Assembly: GCF_000400465.1 (NCBI RefSeq)
Contig: NW_008806286.1
Location: 23,865-55,864 of the forward strand
Origin: Wallemia ichthyophaga EXF-994
Taxonomy: Eukaryota; Fungi; Basidiomycota
Direction: 5' to 3'
DNA: 32,000 nucleotides
In this document: piece by piece, positions 10,692 through 21,022 of the stretch
Position numbering within the stretch: the stretch's first letter is position 1
Layout of the letters: the number at the start of each line of letters is the position of its first letter
Notes under the pieces: model-generated
The model's input: only the letters and a program-made list of their open reading frames with translations
What the model was told of the DNA's origin: nothing
Databases searched by the model: none
Position numbers and translations under genes: made by a program

Positions 10692-10971
10692 GTTAGGATA
10701 GCCATCCGGATCAAAATTTTCTGCATATATCAAATACACCACCTTACACACATGTATAGAAATAGAAACAGATTTATTAATTGTATCCACTAGCTAATTA
10801 GCTTATTAATTATTCCTTCTCGATAAGGAAATTGCATTCCATTCTTGGTAAAATTTGTCATGTGAATCATCAGATGAAAATATTCATATCCATATCCATA
10901 TTCATACCCTAGAGGGAAGCCATTAAAAATATCTCTTATAAAACCGCACTCACAATCTTTATTTACACCAG

Positions 10972-11707
10972 ATGATTGGAAAATTAGCAGCAGCCAGTGC
11001 ACTCCTCATAAGTGTCGTCAACGCGCATGCATTCCTCGAGACTGTCAATGTCGGTGGGACAACGTATGCTAAGACAGACGACAACACTCCGATCTGGGCG
11101 TGGTCACCAAACAACGGGCCAGCAGCGACAGTAGAGGATCTATCAACAAACGACATAGCCTGTCATGCGAATGCAGAGAAAGCTACCAACGCCGCATCTG
11201 TACCAGCAGGCGGTAATGTAGGTTTCGGCTGGGGTAAAGGGCTTCATAAGTGGGGTCCATTCCTCACATATGCTGCCAAATGCGATGTAGGCTGCGACCC
11301 TAATGCTGCGGAATGGTACAAGATCGGTCAGATCAATATCGATGAAAGCGGTACGTGGCCAGTGCCTAAGTATGTAGATGCTGGTGATGATGTACCTGTA
11401 ACTCTCCCATCAAGCATGGAGGTGGGTTTGTTTGTGTAGTAGATAGTGAGACATCTGCTAATACTCCCTATAGTCCGGCACATGGTTGCTCAGAACTGAA
11501 AACATCAACCTCGGCGCCATCCCAGCGGAGATTTACGCCGGTTGCGTCTCGGTTGAGGTTACTGGCGGCGGCTCAGGCTTGCAAGGTGAAACTGTCTCCT
11601 TCCCGGGCGCTTACACGGGCGAAGAGCCAGGACTCACCAAGCAGCCTTACAGCGTCGAGGGTCCTGCAGACTACAACAACCTCCCTGGTCCAGCTGTTGC
11701 GCAATAA
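10972..11707 (+). CDS. AA9 (GH61)-family lytic polysaccharide monooxygenase-like protein, atypical (2 exons)
   Basis: Signal peptide ending VNA followed by His1. DIACH, HKWGP, YAAKC, WYKI, LLRTE, E-I-Y-A-G-C and VSFPGAY motifs follow the AA9 layout. Intron 11422-11473. Confidence 0.85.
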
Positions 11708-11807
11708 GCAATAAGCAATAAAATAAAATCACTAAATATCGCGGATACTGTGTCGTATAACTGTAAACAATATACAATGAAAAGAATATCTATAATACAT
11801 AACGTAT

Positions 11808-13010
11808 TCAGAAACTCCCCAGTATTTCGTCTTCCGCCCATACACTATCGTGTCGCTTGGGGAAACAGCTGAGGAGCGCGGCAATGCGCCCCTTATTGGC
11901 CTGCTGCCGCGCGCGCACATCGCGGTCGAGATACCGAAAGATCATCGCAAATCTGATTATTGCGTCGCGCGTGTCCATGAGGAGGTGGTGAGCGTGAGTG
12001 TGAGTAGGTGTATGAGAGGGGGCATTATTGTTTGCGTCATTCGGTCTGTCTGTGTAGTCTGCTTTCACCTCCTGACTACTATGCACATTAGTGTGCCCAC
12101 TGCCACTCTCACCTTTCATGCGTTTGCTGTTGTTAGCTGTAGCATCACCGTCACCGCTCACACTCCTGCTTCTCTTGCCCGGCTGCAGCGCCTGATCGCC
12201 ATTGTCATGTCCATCACTCACATCGGCACTGACATCCACGCCAAACGCGCCAAGCCATCGTTGATCCTGCCAGTTGATGTCTCTATAAGTCCCACTGAGA
12301 TAGGCCTCGTCAGCAACAGCGCTAGGGAGGGTAAAAGCGACGAGAGCTACGACGAGGGGAGGGTAAGAGAGGGCAATATTAGAGCGCATGCTATCATTTA
12401 GCACGGCATGCATCATGACCACATCGAAGCGTTTGAGCTGTAAGGAGCGAGCAGCGTCTACGATTAGCGGGAAAGGCTGCCGCACCGCGAGGTCGAACGT
12501 AAGAGTGCGCAAGAGGGTAATTTCGCAACTCAGCATGTTTTCCTGTAACCGCACTACATCAGGCTCGTCCTTGATATGCATTGGCTCCTTATCGCGCATA
12601 GCCCTTCCTTGGGCCTTAGCGGTGTCTGAGCGGTGTTTGAAGACGGCGAGTGCAGCCAACTGCGTGACGTGCTTCATGGCGTCTTGCGCTTTGCATGCGA
12701 GGAAAAGACACGTGAGTGCGGTTTGCTGCTTTCGTGTGAGCTGATGCATACGCTTACTCGGATGTATCTAAGTGTAGCCCACCTCCACATCGTGCTGCTG
12801 GAGCGATTTGCGCATATAGAATCTGTGGAAATATAAACACGCATTGTAGAGACTGTCGCTGCGTACGCGCGCCGTTACCCCGATTCGCAGAAGCCAGTTC
12901 ACGCCGCGGATTCGGTCGCGGAGTTCGTCGGATGCGCTCAGCCCAGCAGCCACGCTCGGCGTGTGGAGCACCTCCTCATCGCTGAATATCCACTGGTCGC
13001 GGCGTGCCAT
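11808..13010 (-). CDS. Cyclin K/T-like transcriptional cyclin (2 exons)
   Basis: QWIFSDEEVLHTPS, YFHRFYMRKSL, TALTCLFLACK and EITLLRTLTFDLAVRQP cyclin-box motifs. One ~57-nt intron near 12735-12791. Confidence 0.88.
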
Positions 13011-13035
13011 TTGAGTGATTTGAGTGATTTGAGTG
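13011..13035. repeat. 9-bp tandem repeat (TTGAGTGAT) x ~2.7 between cyclin and PNKP start codons
   Basis: ttgagtgatttgagtgatttgagtg, read directly from the sequence. Confidence 0.9.
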
Positions 13036-13056
13036 GACGTCGATGTGCAAGAGGTT

Positions 13057-13789
13057 ATGGCCAGGCAGAGTACTTTAAATTTCGCACGTAGTGGTGCGCA
13101 TGGCGCTGGACGCAGTCGCGTTTCTTGGAAGCATCACCAGCTCGCCAACGATATCAGCAGTCGCTTCCACACCGTTCTCTTTGGCGTGGCGGGCGAATTC
13201 ACTGCAAGCACTCAAATAGCGGCTTTTGATCTCGATGGTACCCTCATTAGACCCAAGAGCGGTTTGAAATTTCCTAGAAACGCGGCTGATTGGTCGCTGT
13301 TGCGCAGAGATACCAAAGAGCGCCTGAATACACTTATACAGACTGGATATGCTATTGTCATTATAAGCAACCAGAATTATTCTGGCAGACCAGCCAAATT
13401 GGAGGAGTGGCAGGTTAAAATGGGTGCAATTGCAGAGAGGGTGGGTGAGCGTGGAGGGCGCAACGGAGGCATTTAACACATCTCACACCTCTCAGCTCCA
13501 CGATGTCCCATTCATTTGCATCGCAGCTACAACTAAAGACGAGAATAGGAAACCAGATACGGGAATGTGGGGGTGTTTACAGGCTTATTTCGAGAGCTTG
13601 GGATGTGTTAGACCAGGTGGGCTGAATTTTCTTGCAGTAGCTTTCTAACAAACCATCTAAGACACAAAAGAAAGCTTCTTTGTTGGCGATGCTGCTGGTA
13701 GACGCGGAGATCACTCTGCTGACGACAAGAACTTTGCAAAGAACGCTGAATTGCGTTTCTACACGCCTGAGGAGTATTTTGACGCGTAA
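13057..13789 (+). CDS. DNA 3'-phosphatase (PNKP HAD phosphatase domain only, Tpp1-like; 3 exons)
   Basis: HAD motifs FDLDGTL, ISNQ, RKPDTGMW and FVGDAAGR...SADDKNFA. Ends FYTPEEYFDA* with no kinase P-loop downstream. Confidence 0.88.
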
Positions 13790-14143
13790 ATATGTGGTAA
13801 CGAGACGTGAATAAAGGGTAGACAAATGCTTAAATATAGGGCAAACATACGCGTAAATATAGGACGAACATTAAATATAACATACCTTTATTAAGATTGC
13901 TAAGGACTACAAGCGTGATCAAAAGCGGAATATTTTAAAAGCAATTCTGAACGAGTTGGCAATAAACGTCGACTCTTGAAGCGGGTGCGACTTGACTGAG
14001 AAATTCTAGGCGTTTGAGTGATAATTTCGCTGCAATCTCACTTGATGCACATTTGAGACATACCCACGACCACACCTGCTAGGCGGAACCCGAGTATAAA
14101 GGCTACATATACTCAGCTATCTCATCATTATTACTCCTATCTA

Positions 14144-14974
14144 TTGATATTCTTTTTGTACAATATCACAGATGAAAGCCGGTATGACACAGGTTATTCA
14201 GATACCATCGTCAAAACAAAATACCTAAGGGCAAACAAGTCAAATGACTACAAACATCAAGAACATGGTCCAAGATACCAGTCTGGGCCCCGTTCTGTGA
14301 CTCTTGCCGAATTCAACAAACATAAACACAAAGTTGAAAAAGTACATGAAGAGAATAATAATCCAAAATGAGAAGACTGCTCAATATTCTATGTTTAACC
14401 TACATCAACTCAGCCAGTTGGAGTAGATCAGCCAATCAACTTAGGATTGCAAGCATCAAACTACATTGTCGATTTCAGTGGAAAAGAGAAACATAGTAGT
14501 AAGCTTGTCTTTTACGGGAAAAACAGTGCAATTGAAGCATGTAGTACTTCGAGTATGTTGTCCACTTGTCAAGACAGTCAGGACGGTAAAGAAGCCAATG
14601 GCAAGCTACTTCTGCTTGTTTGATTACGTCGATAAAGCAGTTTGTGCTATAGAACACAGAAATACATGACTCAATAAAAGAGCTTTTGAACATGGAAATT
14701 TAACTCACCTCTACTGAAATTATCCAGTCTAATCAAAGAGCACAGCTCACCGATTCGTTCAGCCACCTATAAGGCTACAGAAGGCATCAGTACTTTTGAG
14801 GAGGCTTTTCAATCAGAAACCCCAATGCAAAATATCTCGTTAGATTTGATTCAAAGGAATGAAGCCGCTGTTTCGGAGGGCATTCACCAAGACAGTCGTA
14901 CAGTGTCAAAAGCCATGGCTATAGTCGCTAACGCGAGGGCACTCCAACAAGTTAAAAAAAATAATCATTTATAA
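14144..14974 (+). pseudogene. Orphan spliced gene or decayed gene
   Basis: One frame over ~277 codons with stops confined to two patches (14369-~14398 and ~14621-14689). The first patch is removed by an in-frame candidate intron 14342-14413 (GTACAT...TTTAAC...CAG). No convincing ATG. Confidence 0.3.
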
Positions 14975-15026
14975 GACAATACAGATGCAGTATCTACTAG
15001 TACAGAGTTTAAGCGTGGTGATAGGT

Positions 15027-15449
15027 TTAAAGGTCTTGAGAATCGATGCCTTCGCCCTTCTTGGTCTTTGATGGAAGAAGTTCGGTGTGGATGTTTGGAA
15101 TGACACCACCTTGTGAGATGGTTACGTGGCCAAGGAGCTTGTTGAGCTCATCGTCGTTTCTGATGGCCAATTGCAAGTGACGAGGGATGATACGCGACTT
15201 CTTGTTATCACGTGCAGCGTTACCAGCTAATTCGAGGATCTCTGCAGCGAGGTATTCCAATACAGCAGCCAAGTAGACTGGGGCACCAGCACCGATACGT
15301 TGGGCGTAGTTACCATTCTTCAAGTGTCTGTGGATACGTCCGACTGGGAATTGAAGACCAGCCTTTGAGGAACGAGAGCGACCTGCGTCAATTGCGCCTG
15401 CCTTTCCACCTGATTTACCGCCTGATTTGCCACCGACTTGTTGAGACAT
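15027..15449 (-). CDS. HTA1: Histone H2A
   Basis: [20 protein letters not shown]...[21 protein letters not shown]-terminal SQDL phospho-motif. Intronless. Confidence 0.98.
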   Translation of the reverse strand: MSQQVGGKSGGKSGGKAGAIDAGRSRSSKAGLQFPVGRIHRHLKNGNYAQRIGAGAPVYLAAVLEYLAAEILELAGNAARDNKKSRIIPRHLQLAIRNDDELNKLLGHVTISQGGVIPNIHTELLPSKTKKGEGIDSQDL

Positions 15450-15810
15450 TGTAGTTTTTTTGAAGTAGTTGTCGTGTTGATGAACAAGCCGTGAAATTGG
15501 TTTAATTTTTATAGGCGCGTAAATTCTGGCGCGTCATCGTTGTCGACAGAAACTGATCTCGGTGATCTGAGCAAGAAGTGGGCGGAGGAGCGTGCGAAAA
15601 ACATATTCTTGAGGGCTGCAATTAGCTCGATTTATTGGTGTAAAGCAATTGTTTATTTTCGGAATTTAGGTATTTGATTTTACACCAAGATCATTCTGAT
15701 GAGCGATCAATTGATTTCAATTATGATACGTCGCCAAACGCGCGTGGTATAAATAATTTGGGTGCGCGCTCTTAACTGCCTACAACAAAACAAATACATC
15801 AAACTAGATC
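15450..15810. promoter_or_regulatory. Divergent H2A-H2B promoter
   Basis: TATA-like TTTATA (H2A side, ~15508) and TATAAATA (~15748), with several CGCG/ACGCG MCB-like cores including ACGCGCGT at 15739-15746. Confidence 0.6.
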
Positions 15811-16242
15811 ATGGCACCAAAATCAGCAGAAAAGAAGCCAGTCTCCACCGCTGGCAAGGCCCCAGCCTCTGCCACCAAGCAACCTCAAGAGGGTGGTAAG
15901 AAGACAGCTAAGGCTCCAAAGGCTGACGGCGGCGACAAGAAAAAGTCGAACAAGTCCCGCAAGGAAACATACTCGTCGTACATCTACAAGGTCCTTAAGC
16001 AGGTCCACCCAGACACTGGTATTTCCAACAAGGCTATGAGTGTCCTCAACTCGTTTGTCAACGACCTCTTCGAAAGAGTTGCTTCAGAAGCCTCCAAACT
16101 CGCATCTTACAACAAGAAGTCCACTATCTCATCCAGAGAAATTCAAACCTCTGTCCGTCTCATTCTCCCTGGTGAACTTTCAAAGCACGCCATTTCCGAA
16201 GGTACCAAGTCCGTTACCAAGTTCTCCTCATCCAAGGCTTAA
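15811..16242 (+). CDS. HTB1: Histone H2B
   Basis: [36 protein letters not shown]...[15 protein letters not shown]. Intronless. Confidence 0.98.
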   Translation: MAPKSAEKKPVSTAGKAPASATKQPQEGGKKTAKAPKADGGDKKKSNKSRKETYSSYIYKVLKQVHPDTGISNKAMSVLNSFVNDLFERVASEASKLASYNKKSTISSREIQTSVRLILPGELSKHAISEGTKSVTKFSSSKA

Positions 16243-16858
16243 TTTCCACATTTCTGTAATTTCTATATATGTATTATTATTGCATCTATTTAAGCGTTTG
16301 TGTTGGTTTGTGTTGGTTGGAGTATATTCTACACGCAACTTTAAATGTGAGATCATATTCTAAGAATGTGATAGAGTATAATATGCCATCTAAATAAGTG
16401 ATATACACGCGTTTAACAGGCGTTTACTCGCGTTTGAACAATCCACGCTTTTGGATGTACTCAAATGGACGCATTGTCTCGGTATTTGAGAGGATTTGGA
16501 GCGTTTAGTACTCAAGTAACACTCGCTCAATGCACCCACGCTTTCCGTCCTCCCCCCCCGCCGCACTCCAACAAGCACAACGCAACTCTGTGGATATTCA
16601 AGCTGAGGAGGTAGGAAAAGCGTGAGCATATCAAGGCACATGAGATAATTATGTTAGATGTATTTTTGTATGCAAATTGACATCACAATCTGCCTCATAC
16701 AGCACACACAACACTCCATATATCAATTGAGATGATTGAATAAATAAGCAAAAATCTTTGAGCTGCCTTGAATACACACAGCGATTTAAAGATCATACCA
16801 ATCCCCATATTCCTTCCAAATCCCCCTCACACCTCCTCAAACTGTCTTCCACACCGTC

Positions 16859-19460
16859 ATGAGCGGATTCGACGGATTAGGCGCATCAGACGCATCAGAC
16901 GCATCAGTATTGGCCCAGTTGCATGCACTCAGCCTCCACGACAAGCCAATAGTGCGTCAAACTGAGCACACACTTGCACACGCATCCGGCACACCCAGCG
17001 TACCCAGCACCATAACATCATGGAAGATGAATGAGCACCAATACGCCAAATCCCCTAGTCCCTTCCCGACGCTAGCTCGGGGGCTATTCACGCAAGGCGA
17101 GCGTATAATCGTGCGTGGCTACGACAAATTCTTCAACGTCGACGAGGTGCCCTGGACGAGTTGGGGTGCGATAGAGAGCACAACAGCGCCGCCATACGTC
17201 CTGACGTTTAAAGAGAACGGTTGCATAATCTTTATAGCCGCGTTGACGCGCTCGAAAGTGGTAGTGACGAGCAAGCACGCGCTGGGTGGGCCGAGTGAGC
17301 AAGCGGCTGCAGCGGGAGTGGAAGAGTCGCATGCACAGGTGGGAGAGCGGTGGCTGGCAGCGCATCTGCAGCGTGCACACAAGAGAGAGGCGCAGCTAGC
17401 GGAGGTGCTGTACGACCACAGCTGGACAGCCGTTGCGGAGCTGTGCGACGACTCCTTCGAGGAGCATGTGCTGGGCTATGCGCAGGAGCGCTCTGGGTTG
17501 CATCTCCACGGGCTTAATAGCAACACGGCTGCTTTCTCAACTGCGCCTTTCGACGTCGTGCAGAGCGTGGCGGAGACGTTTGGCTTCCTTCCCACTCGCG
17601 CTCGCTCCTTTTCCTCCCTCGAGCGTGTGCGCGCTTTTGTGGGGAGCGTGCAGTCAGAAGGCGGGGTCGACGGCGAACCTATTGAGGGATTCGTCGTGCG
17701 GTGCCAGAATAAGAACAACGTACAGCTTAACAACACCCATCACTCTACAAACTCCTACTCCCACTCTCCTTTCTTCTTCAAAATCAAATTCGACGAGCCT
17801 TACCTGATGTACAGGGAGTGGCGGGAGATCACGCGCGGCCTGCTCGCCAAGCACGCAGAAGGCAAACTGGGGAGCGATGAAGGGGGCGTGCGCAAATCAA
17901 GTTACCCCGACTCAGTCGTGTATCGGGACTGGGTGCGCGGGCTAATCAGGGAGCAGCCGGCTCTATTCGCGCATTTCGGTCGCAGTAAGGGGGTAATAGC
18001 ACTGCGCGAGCGATTCCTCGCCGACGTTCAGACAGGCGAGCTCCATACCAAGCTTGCCAATGTACGCGAGACATGGGGCCGGAAGCAGAAGAGCAACGCG
18101 CAAAAAGTGAAACCGACTAAACCGAACAAGGATGAAAGGGAATTCGAGAGGACAATGATCGTCCCTATTGCGGTACCTGGCTGTGGTGGGTGTATACGAG
18201 TTGGGCGCTGCCCTTCTCTATCTCTCTCGCACACACACACTCACACTTGCTTCCCACTCTCCAGGAAAGACTGCTGTCAGTATGGCGCTCGCTAGGCTGT
18301 ACGGCTTCGGGCACACGCAGTCGGATGATGTCCAGACAAGAAAGACTGGTCCGACGTTCGAGAAGAATGTGGCGGAGCTGCTCAAGGTGCAGACACACCC
18401 AGACACACAATCGCAATCACATGCACACTCGGTCGTCATAGCCGACCGCAACAACCACATGAAGCAGCACCGCGCGCGCTTGAACAACCTCCCCTTCGAG
18501 CAGAAACCGCCGCTGGGGCGCGTGCGCATGATAGCGCTCTACTGGCCCATGGACTCATACACGCTCAACACGGTGTTGCGCGTGTGCAGCGAGCGCGTTC
18601 AGCACCGCGGTGCGCGCCACCAATCCCTCCGACCAGATGCAGATGGCGGGCAAACGCACGAGGACGTCATTGTCAACTTCATCAACCAGTTCGAGGCGCT
18701 CGATGGGAGTGCTGAGCTGTTCGATCATGTGGTAGAGCTCGGGCTGGAAGATGACCTCGGGACGGCGACGCGAAAGGCTATCGCTGGTCTGCGAGACGCC
18801 GGCGTCGATCTCAAGACAGTCACGCAGGATAGATTCATAGAGGTGCTCGACGACGTCGCCGTGTACGACCCGCAGTACAAACGACCTGACGAGCAGAATG
18901 GACTCAAGAAAAAGGTGAGGTCGACCTCACCCCGGTATTTCGCCGTGGGGGTAGAGTGTAGACTTGCGGAGCTTTGTCGGGGTATTTTGCAAGGCGAAGG
19001 ACAGCAGCAGGAGAGGCAGAAAGCGTTCCTCAACCACCTCGTGTCGCACGATAGAATAGCTAATGTCCCGCATATCACTCTCCTTCACCACAAGGAGATG
19101 GAGGGCGTGAATGAGACCGTAAAAGAGGAATACGAGGAGTGCTGGAACATGTTTAGCTCCTCTGCAAACCCCATAGACTTCAAATTCAGGGTGGATGCGC
19201 TCGTCTACAATGAGCGCGTTATGGCTTTGTCACTGTCGAGCGTCAGCGTAGAGAACCCCGCTGACACGCGCGTAAAGAGCATGGTTGAGCGTGTTATGGA
19301 GAAGAAGGTGCTGCATATCACCGTAGGCACACGCGATGCCACCGTCAATCCATTCGAGAGCAAAGCGGCGGTGGAGGAGTGGAGGCGGGGGAGTGAGCAG
19401 GTGTACGCCAGTGCGGTGCAAGGTGTCGAGCTAGGTGGCAGGCTGAGAGGAATGTTTTGA
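16859..19460 (+). CDS. TRL1: Fungal tRNA ligase (ligase-kinase-cyclic phosphodiesterase; 2 exons)
   Basis: LARGLF, RGYDKFFN, motif I FKENG, HGLN, EGFVVR and FFKIKF in the ligase domain. Intron 18186-18264 restores the P-loop AVPGCGKT. Two HxT motifs (PHITL, LHITVG) mark the CPDase domain. Confidence 0.96.
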
Positions 19461-19509
19461 GAAAATACATGTGGATGCTCTATAGAATACATAAAACGTG
19501 TTACACAAT

Positions 19510-19721
19510 CTATTTGGTCGTTCGTTAGCGGGCTCACAGCTACAGCATCCACACCGCCACCACAACAGTCAGCATTACAGACATTCAACTCGCACTCCCA
19601 CCCAATCAAGTTTGTACACGGGATTGTTAGCGGTGGGAGTATTATGTCCGCCCGTCTGTGTATTATCATCGTGTGTGCGCGTGTGCGTGTGCGTGTGTGC
19701 TGTTTAGCGTGCAGTACTCAC
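19510..19721 (-). other. 212-nt intron hosting the snoRNA (host apparently non-coding or Sec61-beta 3' UTR)
   Basis: Donor GTGAGT at 19721-19716, branch GCTAAC at 19529-19524, acceptor TAG at 19512-19510. About four times longer than most introns here. Confidence 0.7.
19569..19670 (-). ncRNA. snR70: Box C/D snoRNA, snR70/SNORD43-like (guide for SSU rRNA Cm, yeast C1639 equivalent)
   Basis: C box ATGATAA (19669-19663), guide GACGGGCGG (19656-19648), degenerate D' CATA, 8-bp stem CTCCCACC/GGTGGGAG enclosing a second rRNA-complementary element GTGTACAAA (19619-19611), D box CTGA (19572-19569). Both 9-mers are antisense to the universal SSU sequence UUUGUACAC-A-CCGCCCGUC. Confidence 0.82.
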
Positions 19722-19820
19722 TCATGGCTGTTCGGGAGCAAGAGAGAAGAATTGCACGCAGAAAGGGATAAACGCGTGAAAAACTTCAAAATAGAAAAGC
19801 AGACGAGTACAAAAGGGATT

Positions 19821-20230
19821 CTACTTTGCGAATGCTGTTGGCGTTGCAATGAGTACACGTCACCGCTCGATATACCTACTCACCCTTTACAACCTTAGCG
19901 GAGATATGTAAGAAGAATATTGAGCCAATGAACGACAAGGACAGCACGACGATGACGAACGGGTCTACCTTGAGACCGGGCGAGTCGTCGGTGTAGAGCT
20001 TGAGCATCGTCGAGGAAGAGCCACCAGCGCCAGCGGCTCTGGCTGAGTTTGGCTTGTCGAGCTGAGCTTGCTTATCGGTTCTGCGGCTGTGAGTGGCATG
20101 AGAAGGAGTGATTGTGCGTGCTAACAGCGCACAGACCGGATAGCTGCACCGTGAGGACGAGGAGGCTGAGTGGAGGACTGTGATTGGTCGGGTGAGTCGC
20201 TAGTGCTGTCTGCGTATCGTGAATTACCAT
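19821..20230 (-). CDS. SBH1: Sec61 translocon beta subunit (4 exons, ATG-only first exon)
   Basis: Spliced MSSTQPPRPHGAAIRRRTDKQAQLDKPNSARAAGAGGSSSTMLKLYTDDSPGLKVDPFVIVVLSLSFIGSIFFLHISAKVVKAFAK. First intron 20178-20227. Confidence 0.94.
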
Positions 20231-20275
20231 TTCGAGGTTTGTTCGAGTCGTATTGGCAGTTCAAAGGGAACAGCG

Positions 20276-20900
20276 ATGACGACCATCAATCGAGTCCTCA
20301 TTTTTGACAGCAACAAAGCGGAGCTGATTGTGGACTACAACAAGGACAGCGTGGATGTGGATGTACACAAAATAATTCACAAAATACCTCCAAATAACTC
20401 GAAATTGAGTTACTTGTATGGGGATTATTTGGTGAATTATGAGTCTGTGGACGGGATCATATATCTGGTTATAACGCACAAAGACTTTGATAGACAGAAA
20501 TCATTCGGTTTTATAAGCAAATTACAGCATTTGGATGACTTGAGTGATGATAGCGTTGCGAGCCTTCTAAACACTCCAACGCATCAGCTACACTCGAATA
20601 TAAATCAAGTAAAGCAAGTCATGATCGACAACGTCGACCAGATCATCAGTCGTGGTGACAGAATCGATAATCTCGTCGACAGGACTAATGACATGTCTTC
20701 TCAAGCTTTTGCGTTTAGAAAGAGGTCCACGATGCTGAGGAGACAGATGTGGTATAAGAACAAGCGTATCCAGCTGCTTACTGGGTTTGTTGGTGTTGTA
20801 AGTGGATTTTTCACATCTGAGTCAACTCTAATCAAACACCAAGCTGATGCTCTATTTATTCACGTCCACGTTCTGTGGGCTTTCATTGACACACTGCTAG
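20276..20900 (+). CDS. VAMP7: Longin R-SNARE, VAMP7-like (2 exons)
   Basis: Compact longin domain, synaptobrevin core (VKQVMIDNVDQIISRGDRIDNLVDRTNDM...RRQMWYKN), and a C-terminal TM completed after a GTAAGT...CTAAT...AAG intron. Confidence 0.88.
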
Positions 20901-21022
20901 CGTTGCTGGTGTTTATACTTGCACCTAATTGTACAATACCTTCCTTCAACTTGAACATCATTTCGACGTATAAGTTGGCTAAATTGACTGGTTCGTGTTT
21001 GTTGAGAGGATCGCAGCTGAGA

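Noticed and set aside
16390-16641. 83-aa minus-strand ORF between H2B and TRL1
   Set aside because: GTG start, no recognisable motif or splice support. Probably promoter/3' UTR sequence.
19611-19656. Inserted fragment of SSU rDNA
   Set aside because: The two 9-mers are separated by a hairpin and flanked by C/D boxes on the antisense strand, which fits a snoRNA guide and not an rDNA copy.
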